From an uncultured Lachnospiraceae bacterium (GTDB lineage Bacteria > Bacillota > Clostridia > Lachnospirales > Lachnospiraceae), in the NCBI GenBank assembly GCA_910577105.1, contig CAJTMB010000013.1, forward strand, positions 7,846-71,845: a stretch of 64,000 nucleotides of DNA, read 5' to 3'. Position numbers and translations under genes: made by a program. Shown one piece after another: positions 50,123-60,180 of this stretch. The notes beneath the pieces are model-generated. The model was given only the letters and a program-made list of their open reading frames with translations. It was not told the origin of the DNA and ran no database searches. Position 1 is the first letter of the stretch; every line of letters begins with the position of its first letter.

Positions 50123-51127
50123 ATGGCAAAGAGGAGAAGAGGCCGTTACAGCGGCATCGGCGGACAGGCGGTGCTGGAAGGCGTGATGATGAAGAACGGG
50201 GAGAAATACGCTGTTGCGGTGCGTAAGCCGGACGGCGGGATAGATGTGGAAATCGAAAATTACCAGGGGGTGCTTCACGGAAGCAAAATCAAAGAAATCC
50301 CATTCATCCGCGGTATTTTTAATTTTGTGGATTCCATGCTTCTGGGCACCAGATGCCTGAATCATTCCGCAAGTTTTTATGAGGATGATAAAGCATCGGA
50401 GACAAAAGCAGATAAGGTGGTAAACAAGGTGACAAAGGGAAATGCGGAAAAAGTATTTACCGCTTTGGTAACTGTTATTTCCATTCTGCTTGCTGTGGGC
50501 ATTTTTATTGTGCTGCCGTATTTTATCTCATCGCTCTTAAAGGAATATGTACGGAGCAATGCGCTGATGGCAATTATAGAAGGTGTAATCCGTATTCTTA
50601 TCTTTATTTTATATGTAGCGGGTATTGCCATGATGCAGGATATCAAACGCCTTTACATGTATCACGGGGCAGAGCATAAATGCATCAACTGTATTGAAAG
50701 AGGCAGGGCATTGACCGTGCGCAATGTTATGCGCAGTTCCAGGTTGCACAAACGCTGTGGCACAAGCTTTATGTTTTTTGTCATGTTTGTCAGCATTATA
50801 CTGTTTTTCTTTATCCGGGTAAGCAATCCGGTGGAAAAGGTCGTACTGCGTATTTTGCTGATTCCCGTTATTGCCGGAATTTCTTATGAGATTATCCGTC
50901 TGGCAGGCAGAACGGACAATGTTTTTGTGAAGCTGTTATCTGCTCCCGGCATGATGATACAGCGTCTGACAACAAAGGAACCTACAAGGGAAATGGTGGA
51001 GGTTGCCATTGCTTCGGTAGAGGCGGTTTTTGACTGGAAACAGTATCTGATAGATGAATTCGGTTATGAGGAAGAGCAGGAAACGGTGAGAGAAGAGGAC
51101 GGAAACCAGCCGGAAACGAAAGGATGA
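50123..51127 (+). CDS. DUF1385 domain membrane protein (YqhQ-like)
   Basis: 'GGQAVLEGVMM', 'YHGAEHK', 'RCGTSF', 'TTKEP'; conserved synteny with prmC-prfA. Confidence 0.92.
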   Translation: MAKRRRGRYSGIGGQAVLEGVMMKNGEKYAVAVRKPDGGIDVEIENYQGVLHGSKIKEIPFIRGIFNFVDSMLLGTRCLNHSASFYEDDKASETKADKVVNKVTKGNAEKVFTALVTVISILLAVGIFIVLPYFISSLLKEYVRSNALMAIIEGVIRILIFILYVAGIAMMQDIKRLYMYHGAEHKCINCIERGRALTVRNVMRSSRLHKRCGTSFMFFVMFVSIILFFFIRVSNPVEKVVLRILLIPVIAGISYEIIRLAGRTDNVFVKLLSAPGMMIQRLTTKEPTREMVEVAIASVEAVFDWKQYLIDEFGYEEEQETVREEDGNQPETKG

Positions 51128-51987
51128 CATACAGGGATTGTTATCTGAAGGGAAGTTTCAGATTAAAAGGCGCAGGTGTGCCGCAGGCGGAATGGGACGC
51201 CAGGATTTTACTGGAATATGTCTGCAATACGGACTGCAACATGCTGCTTGCCCATGGGGATGAAACGGTTGACCGAAAAAAGCAGGATGCGTATTTTGCG
51301 CTTATCCATAAGCGGGAACAAAGAATCCCCCTGCAATTTCTGACCGGTGAACAGGCATTTTGCGGACTTATCTTTAGGGTAAATGAGCATGTGTTGATTC
51401 CCAGACAGGACACGGAGATTCTTGTGGAAGAGGCATTGAAACGACTGAAGCCGGGGATGCGGGTACTGGATATGTGTACCGGTTCCGGCTGTATTTTAAT
51501 CAGCATCATATCCCTTAAAGAAGGTATTCGGGGACTGGGTGTGGATTTGTCAGAGGAAGCCCTTAAGGTAGCCGGCAAAAACGCCGGATTGCTTTTACAT
51601 GGCAGCAGACGGCCTGAATGGATTTGCAGTGATTTGTTTGATGCTTTAGATAAACCGGACTGTGAAGAAGCCAGATTTAACATGCTGGTATCCAATCCAC
51701 CCTATATACCTCGTGCAATGATGCAGACCCTGATGCCGGAAGTACGGGATTATGAACCGGGGACTGCCTTGGACGGGGGAGAGGACGGTCTTTTGTTTTA
51801 TAAAAGAATCGTAAAGGAAGGTGCGGACTTTTTAAAAGAAAACGGATGGCTGTTATTTGAAATCGGGTGTGAACAAAAAGAGGCTGTAAGCAATATTTTG
51901 GAGGAAGCCGGTTTTGGCGATATAGAATGCAGGAAGGATTATGCGGGACTGGACCGTGTGATAATAGGAAGAAAGAAACAGAGGTAA
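51124..51987 (+). CDS. prmC: Release factor glutamine methyltransferase
   Basis: 'LIPRQDTE', 'DMCTGSG', 'SNPPY'. Confidence 0.95.
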   Translation: MTYRDCYLKGSFRLKGAGVPQAEWDARILLEYVCNTDCNMLLAHGDETVDRKKQDAYFALIHKREQRIPLQFLTGEQAFCGLIFRVNEHVLIPRQDTEILVEEALKRLKPGMRVLDMCTGSGCILISIISLKEGIRGLGVDLSEEALKVAGKNAGLLLHGSRRPEWICSDLFDALDKPDCEEARFNMLVSNPPYIPRAMMQTLMPEVRDYEPGTALDGGEDGLLFYKRIVKEGADFLKENGWLLFEIGCEQKEAVSNILEEAGFGDIECRKDYAGLDRVIIGRKKQR

Positions 51988-51991
51988 TGTG

Positions 51992-53065
51992 ATGTTTGAC
52001 AAGTTAGACGATTTATTGAGAAGATTTGAGGAAATCATCAATGAGCTTCATGAACCGGATGTGGTGAATGACCAGAACCGCTTCAGGAAGCTGATGAAAG
52101 AACAGAGTGATTTGACCCCGTTGGTGGAGGCATATACCGAATATAAAAAGTGCAAACAGGATGTGGAGGATTCCCTCGCCATGCTGGATGAGGAAAATGA
52201 CGAGGAGATGCGGGAAATGCTCAAGGAAGAGCTTTCCGCAGGCAGGAAGCGAATTGAAGAACTGGAGCAGGAACTGAAAATTCTCCTGCTTCCCAAAGAC
52301 CCTAACGATGACAAAAACGTGATTGTGGAAATCCGTGCAGGCGCAGGCGGGGATGAGTCCGCTCTGTTTGCAGCGGAAATCTACCGCATGTATGTGCATT
52401 ATGCCGAGAGCCAGCGCTTTAAAGTGGAAACCATGAGCGTGGATGAAATCGGTATCGGCGGAATGAAAGAAGTTACTTTCATGTTGAGCGGGCAGGGCGC
52501 TTATTCCAAAATGAAGTATGAAAGCGGTGTACACCGTGTACAGCGTGTACCGGAAACAGAATCCCAGGGCCGTATCCACACTTCCACGATTACCGTAGCG
52601 GTAATGCCCGAGGCGGAAGAGGTGGATGTCGTGATTGATGAAAAGGATATTCGCATCGACGTAATGCGTGCTTCCGGCAATGGCGGACAGTGTGTCAACA
52701 CCACGGATTCAGCGGTACGTCTGACCCATTATCCCACCGGCATTGTGGTGTACAGCCAGACCGAAAAATCCCAGCTGCAGAACAAGGCAAAGGCATTTGC
52801 CCTGCTGCGCGCAAAGTTGTATGACATTGAGCAGCAGAAAGCCCATGATGCGGAAGCAGAGCTTCGCCGCAGCCAGGTGGGGACCGGTGACCGCTCTGAG
52901 AAAATCAGGACTTACAATTTCCCACAGGGGCGCGTGACCGACCACCGTATCGGTCTTACGCTGTATAAGCTGGATAAAATCATGAACGGCGATATTCAGG
53001 AGATTGTGGATGCGTGCATTGCAGCCGACCAGGCGGCAAAGCTGGCTAAGATGAATGAGAATTAA
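51992..53065 (+). CDS. prfA: Peptide chain release factor 1
   Basis: PET recognition loop, GGQ motif. Confidence 0.96.
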   Translation: MFDKLDDLLRRFEEIINELHEPDVVNDQNRFRKLMKEQSDLTPLVEAYTEYKKCKQDVEDSLAMLDEENDEEMREMLKEELSAGRKRIEELEQELKILLLPKDPNDDKNVIVEIRAGAGGDESALFAAEIYRMYVHYAESQRFKVETMSVDEIGIGGMKEVTFMLSGQGAYSKMKYESGVHRVQRVPETESQGRIHTSTITVAVMPEAEEVDVVIDEKDIRIDVMRASGNGGQCVNTTDSAVRLTHYPTGIVVYSQTEKSQLQNKAKAFALLRAKLYDIEQQKAHDAEAELRRSQVGTGDRSEKIRTYNFPQGRVTDHRIGLTLYKLDKIMNGDIQEIVDACIAADQAAKLAKMNEN

Positions 53066-53162
53066 AAAACATTTTACGACCATGACGGAAATCAAGAGTT
53101 AAAGGAGTCAGATGTGATTGCAAGGGAAGGTGCAAATCGCAGCGGAAAATGGATTGTACTAT

Positions 53163-53198
53163 AATGTCGTAATAAATGTCGTAATAAATGTCGTAATA
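53163..53198. repeat. Perfect 12-bp tandem repeat x3 (AATGTCGTAATA)
   Basis: Read directly; overlaps a TATAAT at 53160-53165. Confidence 0.9.
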
Positions 53199-53289
53199 AA
53201 AAAGCACTTATAAGAATCTCGGTGATTCTACCGGCGGTCGATTGCAAATAACTATCCTGAAATGTAAGATGTCTTCAGGAGGTGGCTGT

Positions 53290-54048
53290 ATGTACAGGAT
53301 AGATAATAAGAAATTCGGAGAATTTGTAGCGCAGTTACGCAAAGAAAAGAATTTTACGCAGAAGGAGCTTGCAGAACGGCTTTTTATTTCCGATAAGACC
53401 GTGAGCAAATGGGAAAGGGGATTGAGCATTCCCGATGTGTCCCTGCTGATTCCGATTGCCGATATACTGGGCGTGACGGTAACGGAACTGCTTTACGGGG
53501 AGCGTCTTGGCAGCGAAAGCAGGCTTGGCATTGAGGAGGTAGAAAGTCTGGTGACATGCTCCATGGATATGTCGAAGCAGGAAAAAACCGTACAAAGAAA
53601 GCATCGCCTGAAGTGGATACTGGTATATATTGCCTCTGTTTTTGCCGTGGCTTTGGAAACGGTTCTACTCATGTTGAATGGTTTTACGGAACTGGAAGGT
53701 CTGTATCTGGTAGAAGGGTTGATGCTGACTTTTGGAGGATGGTTCTGTCTGTTTGCAAAAGAAACACTGCCCACATACTATGATGAAAATAAGGTGCATT
53801 ATATTTCTGATGGTTTTTTCCGCATACATATGCCGGGAATAAATTTTAACAACAGTAACTGGCCTCACATTTTGAAGGCAGGAAGAATATGGACCCTTAC
53901 GACAGCGGTTTTGTGGCCCCTGGTGGAAGGGTTAATACGTGTTTTTCTGGGGGAAGAAATATGGCAGGTGGCACAATGGATTGTTGTCATGATGGTGTCC
54001 TTCAGTATCTTTATTCCCATATGTGTGATGGGGAAGAAGTATGAGTAA
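53290..54048 (+). CDS. XRE-family HTH regulator with C-terminal TM domain
   Basis: 'TQKELAERLFISDKTVSKWERG..PD'; 4 TMs; SD GGAGGT; TTGCAA-17-TAAGAT promoter with near-palindrome TCTACC-GGC-GGTCGA just upstream. Confidence 0.9.
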   Translation: MYRIDNKKFGEFVAQLRKEKNFTQKELAERLFISDKTVSKWERGLSIPDVSLLIPIADILGVTVTELLYGERLGSESRLGIEEVESLVTCSMDMSKQEKTVQRKHRLKWILVYIASVFAVALETVLLMLNGFTELEGLYLVEGLMLTFGGWFCLFAKETLPTYYDENKVHYISDGFFRIHMPGINFNNSNWPHILKAGRIWTLTTAVLWPLVEGLIRVFLGEEIWQVAQWIVVMMVSFSIFIPICVMGKKYE

Positions 54049-54073
54049 TTGTATTTTATAGAAGGAGGTTTTT

Positions 54074-54141
54074 ATGAAAAGATATGTTATGGCTGCATAG
54101 CACAGGCTATTGCAGATAAAGAATATTTGTTATAGCCGTGC
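54074..54141 (+). promoter_or_regulatory. Leader module 1: 8-aa uORF MKRYVMAA (54074-54100) plus hairpin
   Basis: SD AGGAGG; stop TAG abuts GCAC-A-GGCTAT...ATAGCC-GTGC stem. Confidence 0.65.
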
Positions 54142-54174
54142 TTCCTTGATATTATATGATTTCAGGAGGACAAG

Positions 54175-54450
54175 ATGGGCTATAAGAGAGCAGAAGAGAT
54201 TCTGCCGAGAGATATTATCGAATTGATTCAGCAATATGTTGACGGAGAGAACATCTATATTCCGAGAAAATCGGAAAACAGGCAGGGATGGGGATGCGCC
54301 ACGCAAATCAGGCAGGAATTGTCAGACAGAAATGCAGCCATCTTTCGAGATTACCGGCGGGGCTGTAAAGTCCCGGAGCTTGCAGAAAAGTATTTTCTTT
54401 CCATAAAGAGCATTCAGCGTATTGTCAGGGAAATGAAAAAAACAGCATAA
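54175..54450 (+). CDS. CD3324-like Mor-family HTH protein
   Basis: 'Y.RAEEILP..IELIQQYVDGE.IYIP', 'RNAAI', 'ELAEKYFLSIKSIQRIV'. Confidence 0.85.
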   Translation: MGYKRAEEILPRDIIELIQQYVDGENIYIPRKSENRQGWGCATQIRQELSDRNAAIFRDYRRGCKVPELAEKYFLSIKSIQRIVREMKKTA

Positions 54451-54463
54451 TGACTATGAAAGG

Positions 54464-54514
54464 GAATGAGTCGACGGAATTGGAGCATGTCTTTAACTTT
54501 TGGCGGCTCATTTT
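54464..54514 (+). terminator. Terminator-like hairpin
   Basis: AATGAGTCG...CGGCTCATT followed by T's. Confidence 0.5.
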
Positions 54515-54645
54515 CTATTGTAAAAATGTATGAGGTAGCAATAGGGAAGAAAAGCCTGTAGAGTGATAAGTGTTTCTGAAGCCTGCGTCAAAGGGCGTTT
54601 GGCTAAGAGATATCAGGTTTCACACAAAGAAGAGGAGGTTTTTCT

Positions 54646-54715
54646 ATGACTACACCCGTTTATTTTGCATAGCAGAGGCTATTGCAAATAAAAAAGAATA
54701 AGTAATAGCCTTTGC
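54646..54715 (+). promoter_or_regulatory. Leader module 2: 8-aa uORF MTTPVYFA (54646-54672) plus hairpin
   Basis: SD AGGAGG; stop TAG abuts GCAGAGGCTATTGC...GTAATAGCCTTTGC stem. Confidence 0.65.
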
Positions 54716-54746
54716 ATGTCCAAAGAAAAAGAGAAGGAGATGCAAA

Positions 54747-55316
54747 ATGAGCTATTTCAATGCAACTGTATACAGAATCGTACCGAAAAAGTCTTACAGG
54801 ATTGTACGCGGCTGTCCCGGGTGCGGGAGAAAAACCGGATACTGCAATTCGGGAAACTTCCGTGTCAATGCAAACAAAAGCCGGATTGATGTGTGGTTGA
54901 TTTATCGGTGCGAGAAATGCAGTCATACCTATAACCTGACTATTTATGAAAGGATAAGGCCTGCGGAAATGGAGCGGGAGGAATACCTGCATTTTTTACA
55001 GAATGACGCCCGGACTGCGATACGCTATGGGACGGACAAAACGCTCTTTTCCAAAAACAAGGCAGAAATTGATTGGGAAGAAATTTCCTACGACATTTCT
55101 CCTGTGGGGCAGGTATCAACGGCAGATAATGTGATTGTGATAGAAAATCCGTATGAACTGCGCCTGCGGACGGATAAGGTATTGGCGGAAATTCTCCGTG
55201 TCACGAGGAGCAGGGTCAGGCAGATGGTAAAAGAGAAGAAATTAGAAATTCCTCAAAACTTTTTGGGAATAAGAGCGGAAATTACACTTTTGGAAGGAGA
55301 AATACGGGATGAGTGA
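54747..55316 (+). CDS. DUF1062-like protein (two CxxC, C-terminal S4-like segment)
   Basis: 'CPGC', 'FRVNAN..IDVWLIYRCEKC..TYNL', 'LRTDKVLAEIL..RSRV'. Confidence 0.8.
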   Translation: MSYFNATVYRIVPKKSYRIVRGCPGCGRKTGYCNSGNFRVNANKSRIDVWLIYRCEKCSHTYNLTIYERIRPAEMEREEYLHFLQNDARTAIRYGTDKTLFSKNKAEIDWEEISYDISPVGQVSTADNVIVIENPYELRLRTDKVLAEILRVTRSRVRQMVKEKKLEIPQNFLGIRAEITLLEGEIRDE

Positions 55317-56001
55317 ATTTGCGGAAATCAAAAAATGGCTGGAAGATACAAAGGACGAGCCGTTGGAAGAGATGGGAAGCTTTTTTGAAAAAAGAGTTGG
55401 TGGCTATGAGGCGCACATGGCGGGCTGGAAGAAAAACTATGAGTGGATGGCCCGGCTGGTGCCCGCAGAGGCGAAAGCGCTCCTGGATATCGGTTGCGGA
55501 ACCGGTCTGGAACTGGATGAAATTTACAGGCTGCATCCGTCAATATCCGTGACGGGTATTGATTTGGAACAGGCTATGCTTGATTTGTTGAAAAAGAAGC
55601 ACGGCAGCAAAAAGCTTTCGGTAATCTGCGGGGATTATTTTCAGGTGCCGTTCGGGCAGGAGTGCTTTGATGTGGCTGTGTCTTTTGAAACACTGCATCA
55701 TTTTAAGGCGGAGGAAAAGCTGATTGTTTTTAAAAAGCTGTATGGATGCCTGAAGGCGGGCGGATGCTATATACAGGGAGATTATGCAGCGGAATCGGAG
55801 GAAATGGAAGCTTATCTGTTTGCGGAACGCGAAAGGCGGAGAAAACAAAGCGGTATCCCGGAGGGGGTATTTGTCCATTTTGACACGCCTCTGACGCTGG
55901 AGCATGAGATGCAGCTTTTACGGGAAGCCGGGTTTGACCGGGTGGAATGCCTGGGCTGCCTTGAGGAGCGGAACACACCTATGATACGTGCGGTAAAGTA
56001 A
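55309..56001 (+). CDS. Class I SAM-dependent methyltransferase
   Basis: 'LLDIGCGTG', 'GIDL', 'LHHF'. Confidence 0.9.
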   Translation: MSEFAEIKKWLEDTKDEPLEEMGSFFEKRVGGYEAHMAGWKKNYEWMARLVPAEAKALLDIGCGTGLELDEIYRLHPSISVTGIDLEQAMLDLLKKKHGSKKLSVICGDYFQVPFGQECFDVAVSFETLHHFKAEEKLIVFKKLYGCLKAGGCYIQGDYAAESEEMEAYLFAERERRRKQSGIPEGVFVHFDTPLTLEHEMQLLREAGFDRVECLGCLEERNTPMIRAVK

Positions 56002-56003
56002 TT

Positions 56004-56834
56004 TTATTGGCCCGGCTGCAATTCTTTTTTATGGGTCTGGGCATAGTAAAATATGTACTGCTGCATAATTCCGGCGTATTTCCCATACCGGGTAAAGGGT
56101 TCCTTCCCGTGATACTCGCGGTCAATCACCTTGTGAATCCAGGTGTCCACGGGTACATGGGAGGTGCGCCCGTATGCAAACAGGCAGATGCAGTTTGCAA
56201 CCTTGTCACCCACGCCGCGAATCTGTTTTAAGGTGTCAAAAAGCGCTGTGTCGCCTGCCTGCTCCAGTGCAGACAGGTTAATCTGATTCGTTGCAATTTT
56301 TTGTGCGGCGTCTTGTATGTAGGAAGTCCGATAGCCCAGACGGCATTCGGACAGGGCGTCATCGGATGCAAGCATAAGCTTTTCTGCCGGGGGAAACAAA
56401 TATAGCTTTTCATAGGGGGTATCGACAGGCTCTCCAAACGTAGCGGACAGAAGCTCTACGGATTTTTTGATGGATGGAATATTTTTCCTCTGGGAAATGA
56501 TAAAGGTCACCACCATTTCCCAAGGCTCCTGACGCAGAATGCGAAGGCCGCTGCCTGTTGTCATGGCATTTTGCATGTAGGCGTCGGAAGCGGGAACAAG
56601 GCTGCGAAGCTGACAGTAGCTTTGCGATAAATCAAAATAAGGGAACCAGATTTTGTGCCATTCTTCTTCGGAACAATTCACATCAAAAAAATCCTGCCCG
56701 CACTGTCTGATGTAAAGTATGTAATTTCCCGTTACAAAGCGATAAGTGCCGTCAGCAAAGGTTTTTATGCGGAAGCACTGGCCGCTGTCTGCTATTTTCT
56801 GTAAATCAAAATCATCCTTTATTTCCACAATCAT
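56004..56834 (-). CDS. 8-oxoguanine DNA glycosylase (Ogg-type HhH-GPD)
   Basis: 'SGQCFR', 'GLRILRQEPWE', 'LGYR', 'GVGDKVANC', 'PVDTWI'. Confidence 0.9.
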   Translation of the reverse strand: MIVEIKDDFDLQKIADSGQCFRIKTFADGTYRFVTGNYILYIRQCGQDFFDVNCSEEEWHKIWFPYFDLSQSYCQLRSLVPASDAYMQNAMTTGSGLRILRQEPWEMVVTFIISQRKNIPSIKKSVELLSATFGEPVDTPYEKLYLFPPAEKLMLASDDALSECRLGYRTSYIQDAAQKIATNQINLSALEQAGDTALFDTLKQIRGVGDKVANCICLFAYGRTSHVPVDTWIHKVIDREYHGKEPFTRYGKYAGIMQQYIFYYAQTHKKELQPGQ

Positions 56835-56858
56835 ATCCGATTTCCTTTATCCGTTATT

Positions 56859-57392
56859 TTATATTCCCTGACTTTGGAACAGTTGTTTCATTTCTTCTGC
56901 GGATTCCTGCATTCCCCTCTGAAACCACACCTCTATCCAGCCATACAGGCTGTATGCAACAAATGCCTTCGCGTAAGCCTCGTCTTTCGGCAAATCCGGT
57001 TTTAAATCCATGGTATCCAGAATGACGTCCTTCAGTAAATAAATAAGATGCTGCTCATTCAGGAGATGGTAAAAGGCCCTGTACTGTTCGAAATGTTCAA
57101 ATATCATGCCGATAGCCGAGCTGAAAGGAAGATTGTTATTTTTCTCCCAATCACTTTTCCACCCATGGAATAATTGGTTGATGTATACTTTCAAAATATC
57201 TTCCTTGCTGTTAAAATTGCGGTAAAAAGAAGCACGCCCGATGCCCGCATTGTCACATAATTCGCTGATGGAAATATGCGCAATCGCCTTTTCTTCCAAT
57301 AATGTCAGGAGAGACTTTGTTATTTGCTCTATCACATAGCTGTTTCTTCCTTCATTGCTCATCGGTGATACAGTTTCCCTGTTTTGTTTCAT
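56859..57392 (-). CDS. TetR/AcrR family regulator (start uncertain)
   Basis: 'ISISELCDNAGIGRASFYRNF.SKEDI'. Confidence 0.9.
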   Translation of the reverse strand: MKQNRETVSPMSNEGRNSYVIEQITKSLLTLLEEKAIAHISISELCDNAGIGRASFYRNFNSKEDILKVYINQLFHGWKSDWEKNNNLPFSSAIGMIFEHFEQYRAFYHLLNEQHLIYLLKDVILDTMDLKPDLPKDEAYAKAFVAYSLYGWIEVWFQRGMQESAEEMKQLFQSQGI

Positions 57393-57426
57393 TTTCCCTA
57401 CTCCCATTGACAAAAAAAGTGATGAT

Positions 57427-57454
57427 GATACAATTGTATCGACGATACAATTGT
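57427..57454. promoter_or_regulatory. Probable TetR operator: perfect palindrome GATACAATTGTATC plus adjacent partial copy
   Basis: 57427-57440 perfect; GATACAATTGT repeats at 57444; overlaps TTGACA-16-TACAAT promoter. Confidence 0.7.
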
Positions 57455-57511
57455 TAATAAAATAGTATCACATCCTGTAGTAAAAGTCAATTTGCAGAAA
57501 GGAAAGGGAAA

Positions 57512-57646
57512 ATGACACTTACACAAAAACGGATTTTTATTTTGTTCCTCATCATTGTGATAGCGGTGATTTTAGGGCGGCTTGCCCTACGGGCAATTTT
57601 AAATTTGCTGGTGGGCGGCACCATGTTTGGAGGTAATTTTCTATGA
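57512..57646 (+). CDS. 44-aa hydrophobic small protein (absent from the ORF track)
   Basis: MTLTQKRIFILFLIIVIAVILGRLALRAILNLLVGGTMFGGNFL; purine-rich SD; ATGA-coupled to the next gene. Confidence 0.7.
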   Translation: MTLTQKRIFILFLIIVIAVILGRLALRAILNLLVGGTMFGGNFL

Positions 57647-58650
57647 GCATGAAAAAACGTTCCGATGAGAAAAAGGGGAAAGGAAAAGGCAGGGTTATGT
57701 GGGGATTCATCTATGTTTTTACATTTATTGCCGCTTTTTTCGGGTCTGTCCTATTTAAAATGAAACATGACCCGTTTGGCGGTGAATTTAAGGTGGACTG
57801 GAATGATTCGGTAGGTAAGGTTTATACAGATATTGCTTATGGAGAGGGCGAAGCAAATAAATTTGACCTTTATGTTCCGGCTGATGACGCAAGAAACAGC
57901 TATGGTCTGGTGGTGTATCTGCATGCAGGCGGTTTTACAAGCGGAGATAAGTCAGGTGACGCCGAGATGTTGGAGTGGCTCTGCTCCAAGGGATATGTGA
58001 CCGCAGGTATCAACTATACCTTATGCAGCGATGACCATCCCGAAGCAAGCGTGTATTCCCAATCAATGGAAATAAAAGACAGTATACCCTATGTAATTGC
58101 GGAAGCGGAAAAATTGGGATACCATATTGACGAAATGGCAATTTCAGGCGGCTCGGCGGGCTGTTGTCTTGCCCTTCTGTATGCTTATCGCGATGCTGCG
58201 GCTTCGCCCGTACCCGTGAAAATGGTTTTTGGAGCGGTGGGGCCCTCCTCGTTCTACCCTGAGGACTGGAAGTGCTACGGGTTTGATACCAAAAGCGTTG
58301 AAAGCGACGCTGCCGCAAGGGTGATGTTCGGAACAATGGCAGGAAAGGAAATTCAGTCGGAGTTTGGTACGCCTGAATATGACGAAGAGATAAAAGATAT
58401 TTCCGCCCTGCTTTGGATTGATGAAAACAGTGCTCCAACGCTTTTGGCATATGGGAAATATGATAAAGTCCAGCCATATGAAGGCTCACAAAGACTTTTG
58501 AAAGCGCTTGAAGACAACCATGTGCCCCATGATTATTATTTATGCGGGCATTCAGGCCACGGTTTACAGAATGACAACAAGGTGTATGGGGAATATACGC
58601 GGAAGATACTGGAATACCTTGATACTTATATGCCCATAAAAGATAACTGA
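57643..58650 (+). CDS. Membrane-anchored alpha/beta hydrolase (esterase, HSL-like)
   Basis: 'HAGGF', 'GGSAG', Asp and 'GHG'; N-terminal TM. Confidence 0.88.
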   Translation: MSMKKRSDEKKGKGKGRVMWGFIYVFTFIAAFFGSVLFKMKHDPFGGEFKVDWNDSVGKVYTDIAYGEGEANKFDLYVPADDARNSYGLVVYLHAGGFTSGDKSGDAEMLEWLCSKGYVTAGINYTLCSDDHPEASVYSQSMEIKDSIPYVIAEAEKLGYHIDEMAISGGSAGCCLALLYAYRDAAASPVPVKMVFGAVGPSSFYPEDWKCYGFDTKSVESDAAARVMFGTMAGKEIQSEFGTPEYDEEIKDISALLWIDENSAPTLLAYGKYDKVQPYEGSQRLLKALEDNHVPHDYYLCGHSGHGLQNDNKVYGEYTRKILEYLDTYMPIKDN

Positions 58651-58658
58651 CAATATGC

Positions 58659-59744
58659 CTATTTGCTGTCTTCAATGTATTTATCATAAAAGCTTACAAA
58701 CTTTTCAAACAACTTTGAATTTAACATATTACACCATTTATTCCGGTCAAGCGAGCGATATAGGAAATCAGCTTTATCTTTGGCAAAGCGCTCACTGTTT
58801 TCTGCATCGTTGTAGTCGTAATCAAGCGTTTCCAGCCATTGTTCAAACGCTGCATTTAATTCATTGACGTAGGTCATATCATGATAAATATGATTATGTC
58901 CGCTGTCTTCAAGGCAGATAAAGGTAAAACGTGGATTATCCTGATATTTGTCGTAATACACATCGTAACCATATTCGGTTGGGACAACGTCGTCATCGAG
59001 GCTGTGGACTATCATGACTGCCGTTTCGGTTGCCGAAAAACCGTCCATGGCAGTGCTGGCTGCATAACCGCCGTATTTTATGCGCTCGTGCAGCCTTACA
59101 AACGGCATCATCACGTAGATGCCGTTTCCTGCCAGCTTCTTTCCTTCCGCTTCAAACATGGCGGATGAATTGTTGAAGCCGGAACATGCAATTACGGCCT
59201 TGATTTCCGGATGATAGGTAAGAACGCTGCAAACGCTGTAGCCGCCCCAGCTATGTCCAAATAAAACTATCGGTAAATCGGGAAAATTTCCGCTTTCTTC
59301 AACAAAAGATATTGCATGGTCAAGGTCTATCACGCCCTGCGGAAGACCGCCGACGCCGGTGCCTTCGCTTTCGTCGTTTCCTGTGGCGTCATAAGCAAAA
59401 ACGTAATAGCCGTTACGTGCAAAATAATCTGCGCAGTCCATATAGGAATTGTGTCCCCCGCCGCCGAAACCGTGCGCCATAATGATGATACCGCGCTGGT
59501 TTTCCCCCGAACTGTACAGATACCCCGTCAGCATCTGTCCTTTATTCGAAGAAAATTCATATTGCGTACGGAGTAACCCGTCAAAATCATCCGTATAAAG
59601 CATCAACGGTTCATAACTTTCAAAACGCTTATTAAAGTTTTCGTTGTAAACCATTACGGTCAGCGCCCAATCTCCGGTAATCAATAGTATAATTACAATA
59701 CATAATACGATAAGGAACATCTTTTTCCTTGCTGTTTTTTTCAT
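58659..59744 (-). CDS. Alpha/beta hydrolase with N-terminal TM
   Basis: 'AHGFGGG', 'GHSWGG', 'DDVV', 'GH'. Confidence 0.88.
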   Translation of the reverse strand: MKKTARKKMFLIVLCIVIILLITGDWALTVMVYNENFNKRFESYEPLMLYTDDFDGLLRTQYEFSSNKGQMLTGYLYSSGENQRGIIIMAHGFGGGGHNSYMDCADYFARNGYYVFAYDATGNDESEGTGVGGLPQGVIDLDHAISFVEESGNFPDLPIVLFGHSWGGYSVCSVLTYHPEIKAVIACSGFNNSSAMFEAEGKKLAGNGIYVMMPFVRLHERIKYGGYAASTAMDGFSATETAVMIVHSLDDDVVPTEYGYDVYYDKYQDNPRFTFICLEDSGHNHIYHDMTYVNELNAAFEQWLETLDYDYNDAENSERFAKDKADFLYRSLDRNKWCNMLNSKLFEKFVSFYDKYIEDSK

Positions 59745-59793
59745 AAAAATTATCTCCTAGATGAGTTTACATGCGGCAAACGCCGGGTATCCT

Positions 59794-60099
59794 TTAGTGA
59801 TTTTCCTGCTCGCAATATTCCTTTGCAAGCATTTGAAAATGTTCCACAATATTAGGATTCCAATGAATCAGGGAAGTCAACTGTGTGCAAGGAAACTCAT
59901 CGCATATGCCGCAAAATGTAACATTATGCTTTCTGGTACATTCATGTACCTTGCATCTGCCGGATTCCGCCCATTCCGGAACATAACTGTCAGCTTCAAT
60001 GCAGCCCTTACAAATGCCCTTTTCCATTTTCGGACAGGCAATGCAGCTTTCCCCACAGGCGGTTATTGTTTTGAAATCTGTCTTTTGTTTCTTGTTCAT
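59794..60099 (-). CDS. Cys-rich DUF3795-like small protein
   Basis: 'ACGESC..C', 'CKGC', 'C.VHEC', 'CGICDEFPC'. Confidence 0.8.
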   Translation of the reverse strand: MNKKQKTDFKTITACGESCIACPKMEKGICKGCIEADSYVPEWAESGRCKVHECTRKHNVTFCGICDEFPCTQLTSLIHWNPNIVEHFQMLAKEYCEQENH

Positions 60100-60180
60100 T
60101 TTCTGTATTCCTCCATAACCGCATTGACAAGCTGCCATGCAATGCTTCCTTCGCGCAAAAGAGATAAAGCATTTTCATAC
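60096..60180 (-). pseudogene. C-terminal gene remnant (YENALSLLREGSIAWQLVNAVMEEYRK*), possibly NUDIX
   Basis: Protein-like frame ending in an ATGA overlap with the DUF3795 gene; no intact 5' part. Confidence 0.35.

Noticed and set aside
54074..54100. tmRNA tag fragment (peptide ending AA)
   Set aside because: It has its own SD and ATG, no tmRNA structure surrounds it, and the sister uORF ends FA
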